A stretch of 53,058 bases of DNA from an uncultured Collinsella sp. (GCA_902478885.1 CABSMS010000001.1:1-53058), one strand, 5' to 3'. Positions 1-10,855 are shown, counted from the stretch's first letter. Program-made: numbers and translations. The notes: generated by a model not told the origin, from the letters alone.

Positions 1-6
1 AAAGAG

Positions 7-32
7 AAGAGGCGGGGCATGCCCCGCCTCTT
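7..32. terminator. GC-rich palindromic hairpin, probable intrinsic terminator
   Basis: aagaggcggggcatgccccgcctctt is a perfect palindrome. Confidence 0.6.
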
Positions 33-113
33 ACACCACATCTCTGCGCGCTACCTGAGGCGACCTTTGGATTATGGCTGTTTGACGCCTCTGGAAAGGT
101 TTCCGAGAGGGCT

Positions 114-343
114 GTGGTCAAAAAAGGGCAAATATGAGTACTGCTACCTGTTTAGTAGCAGCGATTTTGATCACTTCAGGAACTATTCAACGTTCCACTC
201 GTCCGCAGACGACGTTATTTCTCCTCATATGTTCAATAAAAGTAGCTCCTAATGGGAACAAATCTCATCAGGAGCTACTATTTATAGCAAAATAAATGCA
301 ACCATAATGGCAACAGTACTCATATTTGCCCTTTTTTGACCAC
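114..343. repeat. Perfect 30-bp inverted repeat pair flanking a 170-bp AT-rich segment
   Basis: gtggtcaaaaaagggcaaatatgagtactg (114-143) and its exact reverse complement (314-343); internal hairpin 241-279. Confidence 0.9.
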
Positions 344-663
344 GACTCTCCAGAATAGTCGCTGAGAACGACACTAAATGACAAAATCCGACACTTGGAC
401 GTTCTTATATGAGTAGCCATTGAAGGACACCTAACGACTACTCCCATTCGCGACACACTGTGTCGCGAATTAAGCTGGTCCCATTACCGAAGACCAGTGA
501 GAGCTCCTGCCCAGAATCTCGATAGCTTAATAAAGCGCTCCCCTCCGGAAGTTCAATGAGTATCCAAATTCCAAGCTGAAAAGCAAAGGAGTATCGAAGC
601 CGTCAATGCTCATTTCCTATCGAACAGGCGGGCCAAAACAAGCTAATTAGCCCGATAAACTGC

Positions 664-693
664 TTGTATTTTTGTCTACAAAATTGTATACAA
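664..693 (+). promoter_or_regulatory. Putative promoter with twin TTGTnnACAA operators for the RHH gene
   Basis: TTGTAT-17bp-TATACA overlapped by ttgtctacaa (672-681) and ttgtatacaa (684-693). Confidence 0.55.
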
Positions 694-746
694 AAAGAGA
701 ATCCGAGAAACGGCGCTCGACATTATGTCGATCGATAGGAGGCGCT

Positions 747-1013
747 ATGGACGCTAAGCAGCTCGAAAAGATGATGGGGTTTGCTCCCGGAGAGTTGGAG
801 AAAGCCGCGGAGGCATACGAAAAAGATGAGTGGCCGAAGGGCCGCACCATCAAGCTGGGAAGGCCGTCGATCTCCGATGAGCCAAGCGTTGTTTTATCGG
901 CACGTGTGGGTGAATCGGTTCTTGAAGCGTTTGACGAGAAGGCAAAGCGCCATGGGCAAACACGCACAGAGCGACTCAGGGAGCTCATCACGCTCGATGC
1001 AATGATTGCCTAG
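747..1013 (+). CDS. Ribbon-helix-helix (CopG-like) DNA-binding protein, antitoxin-like
   Basis: GGAGG RBS before ATG 747; GRP motif then beta-strand/helix/helix pattern (VVLSARV...AFDEKAK..GQTRTERLRELI). Confidence 0.7.
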   Translation: MDAKQLEKMMGFAPGELEKAAEAYEKDEWPKGRTIKLGRPSISDEPSVVLSARVGESVLEAFDEKAKRHGQTRTERLRELITLDAMIA

Positions 1014-1032
1014 TCCCCCGCCGACCCAAACA

Positions 1033-1149
1033 TGTACGTCAGCATCCAAAGTCGACATTTTTCGACATCTTTGGATGCTGACGTACAGCTTTTTGTGGCT
1101 AGTCATTGGGGACGTTCTTAAATGACTAGTCGTTAAAGAACGTCCCCAA
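1033..1149. repeat. Two adjacent palindromes between convergent genes (REP-like or terminator)
   Basis: 19-bp perfect IR 1033-1051/1069-1087; 14-bp IR ttggggacgttctt 1106-1119/1136-1149. Confidence 0.75.
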
Positions 1150-1156
1150 CGACCAA

Positions 1157-2110
1157 CTAGCCGTGGAAGCGAGCTATGAGTGCAAGTGGCTGCTCGCGAA
1201 AGACGCGCTCGACGGCGGCGCGATATTCGTCGACCTTTTTAGTCTTGCGTACGAGCTTGTGAACGGTAGCGGGGTCGGCGAAAGCGCACTTGGCGTAGAA
1301 CCACCACTCCTTCATACGAAAGACCGCGTTACCGCCAATCTCTTCTGCATAGGCCGCAAACAGCGTGTCGTGGAAGCGCTGCAGCTCAGCAGCCGTGGCA
1401 GCAGGGCCGCCCTTGACCATGCGAGCCAGCGCGGGGTTCGCGAGGAGGCCGCGCCCCAGCATTACATGGCGCGTGCCGGGATAGGCCTCCACCAGCGCAT
1501 CCATATCCTCAAGATCAAAAATGTCACCGTTATAGGCGACCGGAAACGGCGCACGCTCCAGCGTTTCGCCATAGAACTCCTTGCGCGGCGAGCCCGTATA
1601 GCGGTCCTTTTGCACGCGCGGGTGCACAATCAGCTCTGCCAGCGGCATGCGGCAATACAGATCGAGCACGCGCTCGTATTCGTCGTCGCTCTCCAGCCCC
1701 AGCCTGGTCTTTACCGATACCGGCAGCGGCGACCGCTCGCACACATCACTCAAGAACACCTCGAGCTCGTCGAGATTGCGCAAGAAACCCGAACCCTTGC
1801 CCTTGGCGACAACCGTCCCCGAGGGGCAACCCAGGTTGAGATTGACCTCGCGGTAGCCCATGTCGGCGAGCACCTGTGCCGCCCATACAAACTCGTCCGC
1901 GTTCTTGGACATGAGCTGGGGCACCACGTTGAGCCCCTGGTTGTTGGCAGAATCGATCTCCTTAAACGCCTTGCCGCCAAAGCGGTTTCCCACCCGCGGC
2001 GGCGGCAAGAACGGCGTGTAATAGCAATCGAGCGCACCGAAGCACTCCGCATGCACGCGGCGGAACACATGCCCGGTAATCCCCTCCATAGGGGCCAACG
2101 AAAGGATCAT
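1157..2110 (-). CDS. tRNA-dihydrouridine synthase family protein
   Basis: LAPMEG, NLNLGCP, GSGFL, SVKTRLG, VHPR, YNGDI, MLGRG motifs. Confidence 0.92.
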   Translation of the reverse strand: MILSLAPMEGITGHVFRRVHAECFGALDCYYTPFLPPPRVGNRFGGKAFKEIDSANNQGLNVVPQLMSKNADEFVWAAQVLADMGYREVNLNLGCPSGTVVAKGKGSGFLRNLDELEVFLSDVCERSPLPVSVKTRLGLESDDEYERVLDLYCRMPLAELIVHPRVQKDRYTGSPRKEFYGETLERAPFPVAYNGDIFDLEDMDALVEAYPGTRHVMLGRGLLANPALARMVKGGPAATAAELQRFHDTLFAAYAEEIGGNAVFRMKEWWFYAKCAFADPATVHKLVRKTKKVDEYRAAVERVFREQPLALIARFHG

Positions 2111-2163
2111 CTACTCTTCTCTCATATCAACGGACGTGACAAAGGAACTGTCCCTTTGTCGCA

Positions 2164-5100
2164 TTATTCAGAGCGCAGGGCTTCTACGGGGTCTTTTTTG
2201 GATGCACTGCGGGCCGGTAGCAGACCGGCGACGACCGTCAGCAGCACCGAAATCGCGATGAGCACCAGCGCATCCTGCACGGGCAGGCTCATCAGGTTGG
2301 GGACCTGTTTGGCCGCAAACGCCCATGCATTGACCGGGAAGCTCACGAGCACCACGACGACAACGGCAAAGACACCGGCGATGAGGCCCTCGATAAAGGT
2401 CTCGGCGTTGAACACGTTTGCCACGTTGCGCTTCGACGCACCGATCGCACGTAGGATGCCGATCTCCTTCTTGCGCTCCAGTACGCTGATGTACGTGATG
2501 ATGCCGATCATGATGGAGCTCACCACCAGACTGATACTCACGAATGCGATGAGCACCAAGCTGATGGTGTTCACGATGTCGGTCACCGAACCCATGATGA
2601 TGCCCATGTAGTCGGTGTACGAGATTGCCTGCTCATCGTGGCCGGCGGCTTTGACCTGCTTGTTATACGCATCGATGCGATCGAGTACGCGCTCCTTGGC
2701 CTCAAAGTCACGTGGGAAAATCTTGACCGAGATGGGGTCCGCCTCGTCCGCATAGCCCAACGTGGTCAGATTGTTGTCGTAGGTGAGCTTCGACGCCTTG
2801 GCATAGCTCATCATGAGCGAGCTCAGGTCCTCGGCGTCCATGTTGAAATGGATGGCACGAGCAAAGGCGCTCGCATCCACGTGCATGGCGCTTGCCAGGT
2901 TAGCAAAACTCGAAGACACCTGCGTCGCCATCTGGTCCATGAGCCCTGCCGCGCCTGCCTTGAGCTGAGCTGACACCGTCGCCGCAATCTGATCGCTGAT
3001 CGTCTTCGTCACCTGATCCATAGCCTGCTGCAGATACGGAGCCAGCTGCTTTTGCACATAGTCGGTCATCGCCTGTTGCAGGCGCTCGGCCAGGGCATCA
3101 CCGCCAAGCGCTTTAAGCTGTGCCAGGATTTGCTGGGCTGCGGCATCATTCTCAAGATACGCCGAGAATGCGGCAGCGAGCTTTGACGCGTCTTTAAGAT
3201 CTTCGGGCGACAGCGCCTTAAACTGATCAGACTGCAAAAAGCCCTCAAACAGTTGGTTGGCAAGTATTCCCACCTGCTGCATTTGCTCGGGCGTGAGCTC
3301 CAGACCGTCAAAGATGCCCGAGAAATCTGGAGCCGGTGCTTTTGCCATGATGTCGCTGAAGTCGATGTCCTTGCCAACGTCCGAGAGGTCAATGTCCAAC
3401 CCGGATAAGTCGATACCAGAAAGGTCCATACCGCCGGCCGCACCCGAGAGTGCAGACGCATCAAACGAGAACGCGCTCTTGAGCGCTGCCTCGTCCACAC
3501 TGAACATGCTGCCCAGATCTACCCCTTGTTTGGCCTCGCCTTGCAGTTCGTCGAAGGTTTTGCCCGTAAAGACATCCGTCTCGGGGTGAGCGAGTTGCTC
3601 CTGCACAATCTGCGAATCGGCAGCGCGCTCCATAAGCTGACGAGTCAGTGCATGCGTATAGGCAATGCCCGGGGTCAATGCGCTCGCGTTGGCGGTCTCG
3701 TTGGGTCGTACCACACCAACGATGTGCACATCGATGCCATCGGCAACCTTGGCGGCCATAAAGTCGGTGTCACCAGACATGTCAGTCCACATGCCGGTCT
3801 CTTCGTTTTTGCGATAGGTATCGGCCGGCGACAGCACCTTAAACGTGGACGACAGCGCATCGTCGTAGGTAAAGTCGGTGCCGGTCTCGGGCGTTTCGAC
3901 CCCACCGTCAGCCGTCATAGCGCTGTTTACCAGATCGTTGAGCTCATCGATATCCAGCGCACCGATGCTATAGAGCGTATAGTCGCCCACCGTGCCGCGG
4001 CCCGAAAGCACCATCACGGCTTCGTTGGCAGACGTGGGCCAATGACCGGCGACGACATCGTACTGGCTGTCGAGCAGGCTCTGGTCGTCGATCATCTCGT
4101 TAAAGACCGAGGTTCCCATGGATTCCATGCTCACCGTTGCCGCCGAGCTCGCACCTCCGCTCATGGCCTCGGTCATGGCATTGGGAACAAGTCGAACCGG
4201 CTTCTCGTCACCCTTACCCGCACGATAGACAACCGGCGATACACCGTAGCCGTACTGAATGGCGTTGACCTCTTTATCGATGCCGTCGCCACCGGCATCG
4301 AGCCATGCCTTAAAGCTCGTCATGTCGTTGGACTTAACGCTCGCAAACATATCCTTTACGGCCGTGACCACGGGAATCTTATCGGTTCCCTTAGCCTTGC
4401 CGCCGACACTGTCGTCGGACGAATCCACGCTTTCAGACGAGCCATCATCCGCGGCCCCCTGTCCGCCCATCATGGACGACAGGTCGTAGTCCTGCTTGGA
4501 AATGGTAAGCGGGTAACTCGAGAGCGTGTCCTCCTCGACCTTTTTGATGTAATTGTTCACGCCATTGGACAGCGCCAGAATCGCCGCGATACCGATAATG
4601 CCAATCGAGCCCGCAAAGGCAGTCATGGCCGTGCGGCCCTTCTTGGTCATGAGGTTTCGGGCAGAAAGCCCCAGCGCCGTCACAAAGCTCATCGAGGTTT
4701 TGCGCGTAGGCTTGGCCTCGCGACGCGCGGCCTTGGCAGCATCAAAGGGGTCGGAATCGTCGGTGATCTTGCCGTCCGCCAGATTGACGATACGCGTGGC
4801 GTACTGATACGCCAGCTCGGGATTGTGCGTGACCATGATAACCAGGCGGTCGCGCGCAACGTCTTTGAGCAAATCCATAACCTGTACGGATGTCGTTGAA
4901 TCCAAAGCGCCGGTCGGCTCGTCGGCCAGCACAATCTCGGGATCATTGATCAGAGCACGGGCGATGGCCACGCGCTGCATCTGCCCGCCCGAAAGCTGGC
5001 TCGGGCGCTTGTTAACGTGCTCGCCCAGGCCGACTTTCTCCAACGCCTCGCGCGCACGTTGGCGGCGCTCGGCATGCCCCACGCCCGTGAGCGTGAGCGC

Positions 5101-5418
5101 CAACTCCACGTTTTCCAAAATGGTCTGATGCGGAATGAGGTTATAGCTTTGGAACACAAAGCCGATGCGGTTGTTGCGATAGGCATCCCAATCGCGATCG
5201 TGAAAGTCCTTGGTCGAGATGCCGTCGATGAGCAGGTCGCCGGAATCGAAATGATCAAGTCCACCGATAACGTTGAGCATCGTGGTTTTACCCGAGCCCG
5301 AGGGGCCCAGAATGGCCACGAACTCGTTATCCCGAAAAGACAGGCTTACGCTGTCGAGCGCCACCTGGGTAAACGACTGCGTAACGTACCTTTTGCAAAT
5401 TCCTTTGAGCTCCAACAT
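2164..5418 (-). CDS. MacB-like ABC transporter, fused ATP-binding and FtsX-type permease domains
   Basis: [24 protein letters not shown]-terminal [14 protein letters not shown] and TM helices; start moved to ATG 5418 behind AGGAGAGG. Confidence 0.9.
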   Translation of the reverse strand: MLELKGICKRYVTQSFTQVALDSVSLSFRDNEFVAILGPSGSGKTTMLNVIGGLDHFDSGDLLIDGISTKDFHDRDWDAYRNNRIGFVFQSYNLIPHQTILENVELALTLTGVGHAERRQRAREALEKVGLGEHVNKRPSQLSGGQMQRVAIARALINDPEIVLADEPTGALDSTTSVQVMDLLKDVARDRLVIMVTHNPELAYQYATRIVNLADGKITDDSDPFDAAKAARREAKPTRKTSMSFVTALGLSARNLMTKKGRTAMTAFAGSIGIIGIAAILALSNGVNNYIKKVEEDTLSSYPLTISKQDYDLSSMMGGQGAADDGSSESVDSSDDSVGGKAKGTDKIPVVTAVKDMFASVKSNDMTSFKAWLDAGGDGIDKEVNAIQYGYGVSPVVYRAGKGDEKPVRLVPNAMTEAMSGGASSAATVSMESMGTSVFNEMIDDQSLLDSQYDVVAGHWPTSANEAVMVLSGRGTVGDYTLYSIGALDIDELNDLVNSAMTADGGVETPETGTDFTYDDALSSTFKVLSPADTYRKNEETGMWTDMSGDTDFMAAKVADGIDVHIVGVVRPNETANASALTPGIAYTHALTRQLMERAADSQIVQEQLAHPETDVFTGKTFDELQGEAKQGVDLGSMFSVDEAALKSAFSFDASALSGAAGGMDLSGIDLSGLDIDLSDVGKDIDFSDIMAKAPAPDFSGIFDGLELTPEQMQQVGILANQLFEGFLQSDQFKALSPEDLKDASKLAAAFSAYLENDAAAQQILAQLKALGGDALAERLQQAMTDYVQKQLAPYLQQAMDQVTKTISDQIAATVSAQLKAGAAGLMDQMATQVSSSFANLASAMHVDASAFARAIHFNMDAEDLSSLMMSYAKASKLTYDNNLTTLGYADEADPISVKIFPRDFEAKERVLDRIDAYNKQVKAAGHDEQAISYTDYMGIIMGSVTDIVNTISLVLIAFVSISLVVSSIMIGIITYISVLERKKEIGILRAIGASKRNVANVFNAETFIEGLIAGVFAVVVVVLVSFPVNAWAFAAKQVPNLMSLPVQDALVLIAISVLLTVVAGLLPARSASKKDPVEALRSE

Positions 5419-5670
5419 GGACGGCAACCTCTCCTGCGCAGGCACCCTGCCCGCTCTCCCCCGTCGTTCGTATTCGACGCGTTTGTCCTACTCTATCCCC
5501 ATTTTTCACCGACTCCAGTGAGGAATGTAGGGAACCGCGCCAAAAAACGAACGGGACGGCGCCCAAAAAAGAGGCCCCAAGTGGGGCCTCTATATGGTGG
5601 AGATTATCTTGAAAGGCAGCGGACTACTCCGCACAGCGACACACGATCCTCGCGATGCTTTACGTGTTTT

Positions 5671-6648
5671 TTACTGCTCGCTATTCGCAATCGCCTGATC
5701 GATAAGTTTGTTGAGTGCTGCACGCTGCTCGGCGGAGCTGATGGCTCCCACGATGGGCTCCCCTACGATGTTGCCATTCTGATCGATGACATACGTTGTC
5801 GGGAACGAGAACAAATTTGACGTAAACTTACCGGCCTCGCTATCCGACTTGAACCAGATGTTCTTATATGTCACGCCCTTCTTACTCAGCACGTCCTTGG
5901 CATCTGCAATCTCGCCTTTGTTGCCATCGAGCGTAAAGGAATTGACGCCCACGACCTGGCCGCCCTTCTTGGCAAGCTCCTTATTCAGTTTCTCAAGATC
6001 GCCCAGCTCGCCCACGCACGGCTTGCAAGTGGTGAACCAGAAGTTCATGACGGTGACCTTGTTCTTAGCGAACAGCTCGTCGCTGCTCACGTCGTTGCCA
6101 TCCAGGTCTTTGCCCGTAAAGCTGGGGAACTTCGTCGCCTCGCTCGAAGCATTGGCACCAGCCGTCATGCCAGCGGTCGAAGCGTCGACGCTCTCGCCTG
6201 AGCTCGGCGTGCTTCCACAGCCGGGGAACTCCTTCTCCAGGCTCTCGAGCTTGTCCTCGATCTCCTTGATCTGCTGTGTACCGGCCTTGAGCGTCTTGAG
6301 CTCATCCGCCGTAAACTCATCCTTGGCGCCGTCGATGGTCTTGAGCAGGAAATCGCCGTAATTGCTGCCGTCCTCAATCATTGCCGAGTCTTTATTTGCC
6401 GCATTGAATACCTTTTCCCACAGCGCGTTATCACTCGAAAAGATCTCGTTCTCCTTCTGCATGAGCTTCGCATACAGCTCGGCGGCCTCGTCGGCATTGG
6501 CCGGCTTCTGCGCAGTGAGTTCTGCGATCTTAGGATCGGAGCTCGCAGATTCGCTCGCATTGCCGCCAGGTGCCGAGCACGCCACAAGACACAAGGCCAG
6601 CACCGGCACCATAAACAGGGCCGCAATCTTAGAAAGCTTCATAGTCAT
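5671..6648 (-). CDS. TlpA-family thiol-disulfide redoxin lipoprotein
   Basis: Lipobox LVAC; VMNFWFTTCKPC active site; FPTTYVIDQNG. Confidence 0.85.
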   Translation of the reverse strand: MTMKLSKIAALFMVPVLALCLVACSAPGGNASESASSDPKIAELTAQKPANADEAAELYAKLMQKENEIFSSDNALWEKVFNAANKDSAMIEDGSNYGDFLLKTIDGAKDEFTADELKTLKAGTQQIKEIEDKLESLEKEFPGCGSTPSSGESVDASTAGMTAGANASSEATKFPSFTGKDLDGNDVSSDELFAKNKVTVMNFWFTTCKPCVGELGDLEKLNKELAKKGGQVVGVNSFTLDGNKGEIADAKDVLSKKGVTYKNIWFKSDSEAGKFTSNLFSFPTTYVIDQNGNIVGEPIVGAISSAEQRAALNKLIDQAIANSEQ

Positions 6649-6671
6649 TCCTCCGTTTTGTCGAAGCTTGT

Positions 6672-7574
6672 TTACTTTTTATCGGCGGGCAAGGGAAGCT
6701 TTTCCGCCGACACATCCAGGCCATAGCGATAGCTGATGGCATCGACGGGACAGGCCCCGATGCACTTTCCGCACCGGATGCATTCGGCATGATTGGGCGC
6801 GCGGACCACATCAACGTCCATCTGACAAGCCTTTGAGCACTTGCCGCACGAGACACATTTGCATGCGTCAACCCGAATCCCCAGTAGGGACACCCTATTC
6901 ATGAGCGCATAGAATGCGCCGAGTGGACAAATCCATTTGCAGAAGGGGCGGTAGAACAAAACGCTCAGCACTACCACGGCAATGAGAACGGCAAGTTTCC
7001 AAGTAAAGAGCTGTCCCAACGCAGATCGAATGCCGGCATTGGCAATGGCCAGAGGAATGGCGCCCTCGAGCACACCCTGCGGACAGATGTACTTACAAAA
7101 GAACGGGTCGCCCATGCCCACGTCGTTAACCACCAAGACGGGCAGCAGCACCACGGCAAACAACAGCACGACGTACTTGATGTACGTGAGCGGCTTGAGC
7201 TTTTTCGTGGAGAACTTTTTGCCGGGAATCTTATGAAGCAGCTCCTGAAGCCAGCCAAACGGGCACAGAAAACCGCACACAAAGCGCCCCAGTAGCACGC
7301 CGATCAGAATGAGCGTTCCGGTGACGTAATACGAAAAGTTGAACTTGGATGAGCCCACCACCGACTGGAACGACCCAATGGGGCACGCACCCGATGCCGC
7401 GGGGCACGAATAGCAATTAAGCCCGGGCACGCAGACTGTTTTTCCCGCGCCCTGATAGATGCCGCCTTTGGCAAAGTTCGGCAGGTGAATGTTGGTGACG
7501 AGCGTCGCCGCCGCCTGAATGAATCCGCGAAATCGAGCCAAAACATGCGACGCAGTGTTTTCTCTTTTATCCAA
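6672..7574 (-). CDS. Membrane 4Fe-4S binding protein (NapH/MauN-like)
   Basis: CGFLCP, CKYICP, CKWICP and two CxxCxxCxxxC motifs; TTG start overlaps the upstream small gene. Confidence 0.85.
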   Translation of the reverse strand: MDKRENTASHVLARFRGFIQAAATLVTNIHLPNFAKGGIYQGAGKTVCVPGLNCYSCPAASGACPIGSFQSVVGSSKFNFSYYVTGTLILIGVLLGRFVCGFLCPFGWLQELLHKIPGKKFSTKKLKPLTYIKYVVLLFAVVLLPVLVVNDVGMGDPFFCKYICPQGVLEGAIPLAIANAGIRSALGQLFTWKLAVLIAVVVLSVLFYRPFCKWICPLGAFYALMNRVSLLGIRVDACKCVSCGKCSKACQMDVDVVRAPNHAECIRCGKCIGACPVDAISYRYGLDVSAEKLPLPADKK

Positions 7575-7713
7575 TTCCGATACACTCCAAGCACAGCCTA
7601 ATCGCTTTGGCCAGCACGGCATCCGCCTCGCCACGCATAACGCCAAAGCACACCATGGCAATTCCGACGATCAACAAAGCGACCTGTACCACGGGTTTTA
7701 CCGCTTTGAACAA
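7567..7713 (-). CDS. 48-aa membrane protein ending CLECIGIG (CD1871A-family CXXC protein)
   Basis: Manual translation LFKAVKPVVQVALLIVGIAMVCFGVMRGEADAVLAKAIRLCLECIGIG*, AAAGGAG RBS; absent from the ORF track. Confidence 0.8.
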   Translation of the reverse strand: MFKAVKPVVQVALLIVGIAMVCFGVMRGEADAVLAKAIRLCLECIGIG

Positions 7714-7803
7714 CCTGACCACTCCTTTCGTTACGCGACCATTGGACCATATCGGCTATAAAATCCGTGTTAAGCGCGATTTGAAATGTGCAAGGAGACT
7801 GTT

Positions 7804-8478
7804 ATGCGTATTTTGATCGTCGAGGACGAGCGGGCGCTGTGTGACGCAATCGCGCGCAGCTTGCGAAACTTGGCGTACAGCGTCGACTGCTGTCACGACG
7901 GACAGGAGGCGCTCGACCTACTGGACGTTGAGGCCTTCGACCTCGTGGTACTCGACCTCAACCTTCCCCGCATCGACGGCATGATCGTACTCAGGGAACT
8001 TAGGAAAACTGACTGCGAGACTAAGGTACTGATTCTGTCCGCACGTGGCGAAGTATCAGATAAAGTCGCCGGACTCGATGCCGGCGCCAACGATTACCTC
8101 ACCAAGCCGTTCCATCTGGACGAGCTTGCGGCAAGGATCCGCAGCCTTACCCTCAGACGCTTTACACAAAGCGACATAGTATTAGCCTGCGGAAAGCTCA
8201 GCTTTGACACCAAGGCGCGCATCGCTTCCGTGGACAGTGAGGCTCTATCTCTTACACGCAAGGAAACGGGAATCTTGGAATACCTGATGCTTAATCAGGG
8301 GCGTCCGGCAAGTCAAGAGGAGCTTATCGAGCACGTTTGGGATAGCAGCGTGAACAGCTTTAGCAACGCAACCCGCGTTCATATCTCGTCGCTCCGCAAA
8401 AAGCTACGCAGCGCTTTGGGATACGACCCGATTCGCAATCGGATTGGAGAGGGCTACGTTATGGAGGATAGCGAATGA
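7804..8478 (+). CDS. OmpR-family response regulator
   Basis: RILIVEDE, LDLNLP, GANDYLTKPF, winged-helix C-terminus. Confidence 0.95.
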   Translation: MRILIVEDERALCDAIARSLRNLAYSVDCCHDGQEALDLLDVEAFDLVVLDLNLPRIDGMIVLRELRKTDCETKVLILSARGEVSDKVAGLDAGANDYLTKPFHLDELAARIRSLTLRRFTQSDIVLACGKLSFDTKARIASVDSEALSLTRKETGILEYLMLNQGRPASQEELIEHVWDSSVNSFSNATRVHISSLRKKLRSALGYDPIRNRIGEGYVMEDSE

Positions 8479-9626
8479 AAAGGCTTTCGCTGCAATGGCG
8501 CATAACGATTATGACGGCACTGCTGACGTGTGCGGCGTGCGTGCTGACGAACTGCCTGGTCGGCTATACGGGCATGCGCTACATGGATGCCATCGGCAGT
8601 AACATCTCGGCCTTTAACGCAACCGGCGCGAATTCGCCCCAGGCGTTTGACCCAACAAAAGCAGCCCTCGATGACGAGGTCACGATCGTCGTAAACGACG
8701 CACAGGAGTCTTTTGGCACGACAACCTGGTGCATCACGGCTGGAGTCACACTCCTTGGCGGCGTGCTGGCATACTTTGTGAGCGGCCGTGCGCTCAAACC
8801 GCTACGAGCTTTTGCCGCCCAGGTTGAGCGTGTGCAGCCTGACAACCTAAGCGAAATCAGACTCAGTGAAGATGTGCCCACCGAGCTGCAGCGATGCAGC
8901 GCCTCTTTCAACGACATGATCACCCGTCTTGGCGAAGGGTTCTCTGCACAGCGTCAGTTTACCGGCAACGCCGCACACGAGCTGCGCACCCCGCTCGCCC
9001 TCATGCAAGCACAGATTGAACTATTCATCTCCGAGCACTCCGGTTTGCAACCCGAAACAGCCGAGCTGCTCGGCCTGCTACAAGAACAAACCGAGCGCAT
9101 GTCTCGAATGACCAAGGTATTGCTCGAGATGAGCGAGCTCCGCAGCGTTCCTTGCGAGGACGATGTGGAACTTGGTCCCTTGTCCGAAGAGGTCCTCACC
9201 GACCTTGCGCCACTTGCCGAGAATAAGGGCATAGCCCTCAATTGTGCTGGAGACGCTTTAGTAATCGGGAGCGACACGCTCCTCTATCGGCTGGTGTTTA
9301 ACCTGGTCGAAAATGCCATCCGTTACAGCCACCCCGGCTCGACTGTCAACGTCTCCATCCGCGACAACGACAGCCACGTGTTCCTGCGAGTCGAGAACCA
9401 GGGCCCGGGAATACCCAAGCAGTACCGAGAGAGCATCTTCCAGCCGTTCTTTCGTCTAGACAAATCCCGCAGCAGGGCATACGGCGGCGCAGGACTCGGA
9501 CTAGCGCTTGTTTGGGAGATTGCAGCGCTTCACGGTGGCACGGTAGAGGTCGAAGCAAGTTCCGAGAACGGGACCACCATGCTCGTAAGCCTTCCAAAAC
9601 GATCCGCAGCGTTAACCGAACAGTAA
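8475..9626 (+). CDS. Sensor histidine kinase
   Basis: Two TMs, HAMP, AHELRTPL, NLVENAIRY, GAGLGL; ATGA overlap with the regulator. Confidence 0.95.
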   Translation: MKRLSLQWRITIMTALLTCAACVLTNCLVGYTGMRYMDAIGSNISAFNATGANSPQAFDPTKAALDDEVTIVVNDAQESFGTTTWCITAGVTLLGGVLAYFVSGRALKPLRAFAAQVERVQPDNLSEIRLSEDVPTELQRCSASFNDMITRLGEGFSAQRQFTGNAAHELRTPLALMQAQIELFISEHSGLQPETAELLGLLQEQTERMSRMTKVLLEMSELRSVPCEDDVELGPLSEEVLTDLAPLAENKGIALNCAGDALVIGSDTLLYRLVFNLVENAIRYSHPGSTVNVSIRDNDSHVFLRVENQGPGIPKQYRESIFQPFFRLDKSRSRAYGGAGLGLALVWEIAALHGGTVEVEASSENGTTMLVSLPKRSAALTEQ

Positions 9627-9691
9627 AACGAAAGGGGTCCCAAGCAACAGGAGTACAATTGCTGCTATTGTTGCCAGCTGTTGGGAGATGG

Positions 9692-10699
9692 ATGATGGAC
9701 TGCGATGGCTACCCACGCGTTCCCATGCCGTTGATGTGCACCGCCTTTGTGCCGGGGCAGATTGACGCTGCAGTTGCAGGCATTTCCGACCCCGATTCGC
9801 GCGCTATTGCCACGGCAGAAGCGCTGTACTTTCGCGGACAGGCCGCCCTCGCTGCCAAGACGGCGCGCCCCTATCTTGACGCCACCGATTCCGCACTGCG
9901 CTATTCCGCATGCTTTATCTGCGGATACGCCAGTCTGTCGCTCAACCGTATCGCCGACGCCCGCCGCTGTCTTGCGGGCATCCTCGATACGCCAACTGAC
10001 GAGGAATCGCTCGCCGACCACGCCATGCACATCCTGTTCGCCTCGGCCGCAAGCGTTCTGCTACACTTGCCTTCCCCGTATTCTGCCGAAGAGTTTTATC
10101 CGCTTGCGGCGCATCTACCCGAAGGCCTGCGCCTGTTCGCCAGCTACGTGATGGCGCACGCCTTATATCTGCGCGGCGAATACGGCCGCAGCCTAGGCAT
10201 GGCGGAAAATGCCCTGATCATGAAACAGGGAAGTTATCCCATCTCGGAACTGTTCCTGCACCTGGCAGCTTCCATGGCATGCATGAGTCTCAAAGACGTC
10301 GACGCCGCAAAAGCGCATTTTGGAGCCACTTGGGACATTGCGCGTCCCGACGGCCTTATCGAGCTCATTGGCGAGCACCACGGCCTTTTACAGGGGCTCA
10401 TCGAGGCATGCCTAAAAACGCAATACCCTGACGACTTCGCGCGCATCATCGAGATCACGTACCACTTCAGCTACGGCTGGCGGCGCATCCACAACCCCGA
10501 TTCGGGCGAGGACGTGGCCGACGATCTAACGACCACGGAATTCACCATGGCCATGCTCGCCTGCCGCGGATGGACCAACGCCGAAATCGCACGCCATATG
10601 GGAGTATCGCCGGGCACTGTCAAAAACCGCCTATCCAGTGTGTATGCAAAGCTTGGCATCGGCACGCGCACTGAGCTGGTCGCGCATATGCTGCGTTAG
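9692..10699 (+). CDS. LuxR-family transcriptional regulator
   Basis: C-terminal LTTTE...GWTNAEIA..MGVSPGTVKNRLSSVYAKLG; start approximate. Confidence 0.85.
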   Translation: MMDCDGYPRVPMPLMCTAFVPGQIDAAVAGISDPDSRAIATAEALYFRGQAALAAKTARPYLDATDSALRYSACFICGYASLSLNRIADARRCLAGILDTPTDEESLADHAMHILFASAASVLLHLPSPYSAEEFYPLAAHLPEGLRLFASYVMAHALYLRGEYGRSLGMAENALIMKQGSYPISELFLHLAASMACMSLKDVDAAKAHFGATWDIARPDGLIELIGEHHGLLQGLIEACLKTQYPDDFARIIEITYHFSYGWRRIHNPDSGEDVADDLTTTEFTMAMLACRGWTNAEIARHMGVSPGTVKNRLSSVYAKLGIGTRTELVAHMLR

Positions 10700-10855
10700 C
10701 AGCCAGACTGCCTAGCGCGGCACGTACGCCCCGGAGCCCCGGCGCTTCGCTCGCTCAAATTGGACATTTTGACCCTCGGACGGCACTACCGTGACAGGAT
10801 GCCTTCTCGCAAAATTGGATTATTTCCACCGATACCTGCGGGATGGGAGCCAAAG

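Noticed and set aside
114..343. Retron msr-msd
   Set aside because: No reverse transcriptase in the window; cannot be excluded beyond the left edge
19..456. Two short ORFs sharing WSKKGKYEYC
   Set aside because: The similarity simply reflects the 30-bp inverted repeat; no RBS or coding signal
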